This document shows, piece after piece, positions 63,961 through 64,000 of a DNA stretch of 64,000 nucleotides. Positions within the stretch are counted from its first letter, which is position 1. The number at the start of each line of letters is the position of its first letter. Made by a program: the position numbers and the translations under genes. Below the pieces are notes generated by a model. It worked only from the letters and a program-made list of their open reading frames with translations. It was not told where the DNA came from and ran no database searches. Source of the DNA: Chiloscyllium plagiosum. Lineage: Eukaryota. Where the stretch lies: contig NC_057718.1 in the NCBI RefSeq assembly GCF_004010195.1, positions 49,050,021 through 49,114,020 of the forward strand, given 5' to 3'.

Positions 63961-64000
63961 TAGATTCTGAAGGAGCATAACAGAATAGATGTTGAAAGGC

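Noticed and set aside
43267..64000. Upstream DUSP10 coding exon
   Set aside because: No ORF resembling the N-terminus or MAPK-binding domain was found; it must lie beyond the window.

Overview
This is repeat-rich, CpG-depleted vertebrate genomic DNA, almost certainly from an elasmobranch (shark). That assignment rests on HE1-type V-SINEs, HER1/CR1 LINEs and Deu-domain SINEs, all recognised by eye. The only host gene is DUSP10 (MKP5) on the minus strand: penultimate coding exon 42898-43266, last coding exon 39439-39704, then its 3' UTR. Everything above 43266 is a long intron, and the upstream exons lie outside the window. The remainder is decayed CR1, Rex1/Babar, Harbinger and SINE debris plus candidate conserved non-coding elements. 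The most striking signal is about 15-18 short Penelope-like (PLE) insertions from at least four sequence families. All are built around a minimal hammerhead-ribozyme motif (CUGANGA, helix II, GAAA, palindromic helix III, NUH), intact in some copies and decayed or deleted in others. Many are back-to-back inverted pairs, up to a perfect 82-bp hairpin, flanked by 12-18 bp target-site duplications, and their breakpoints cluster at the 5' edge of the ribozyme core. Hammerheads in PLEs are known in general; the palindromic mini-element pattern, the breakpoint clustering and the strand-biased damage inside the DUSP10 intron are what merit follow-up. No database searches were run.
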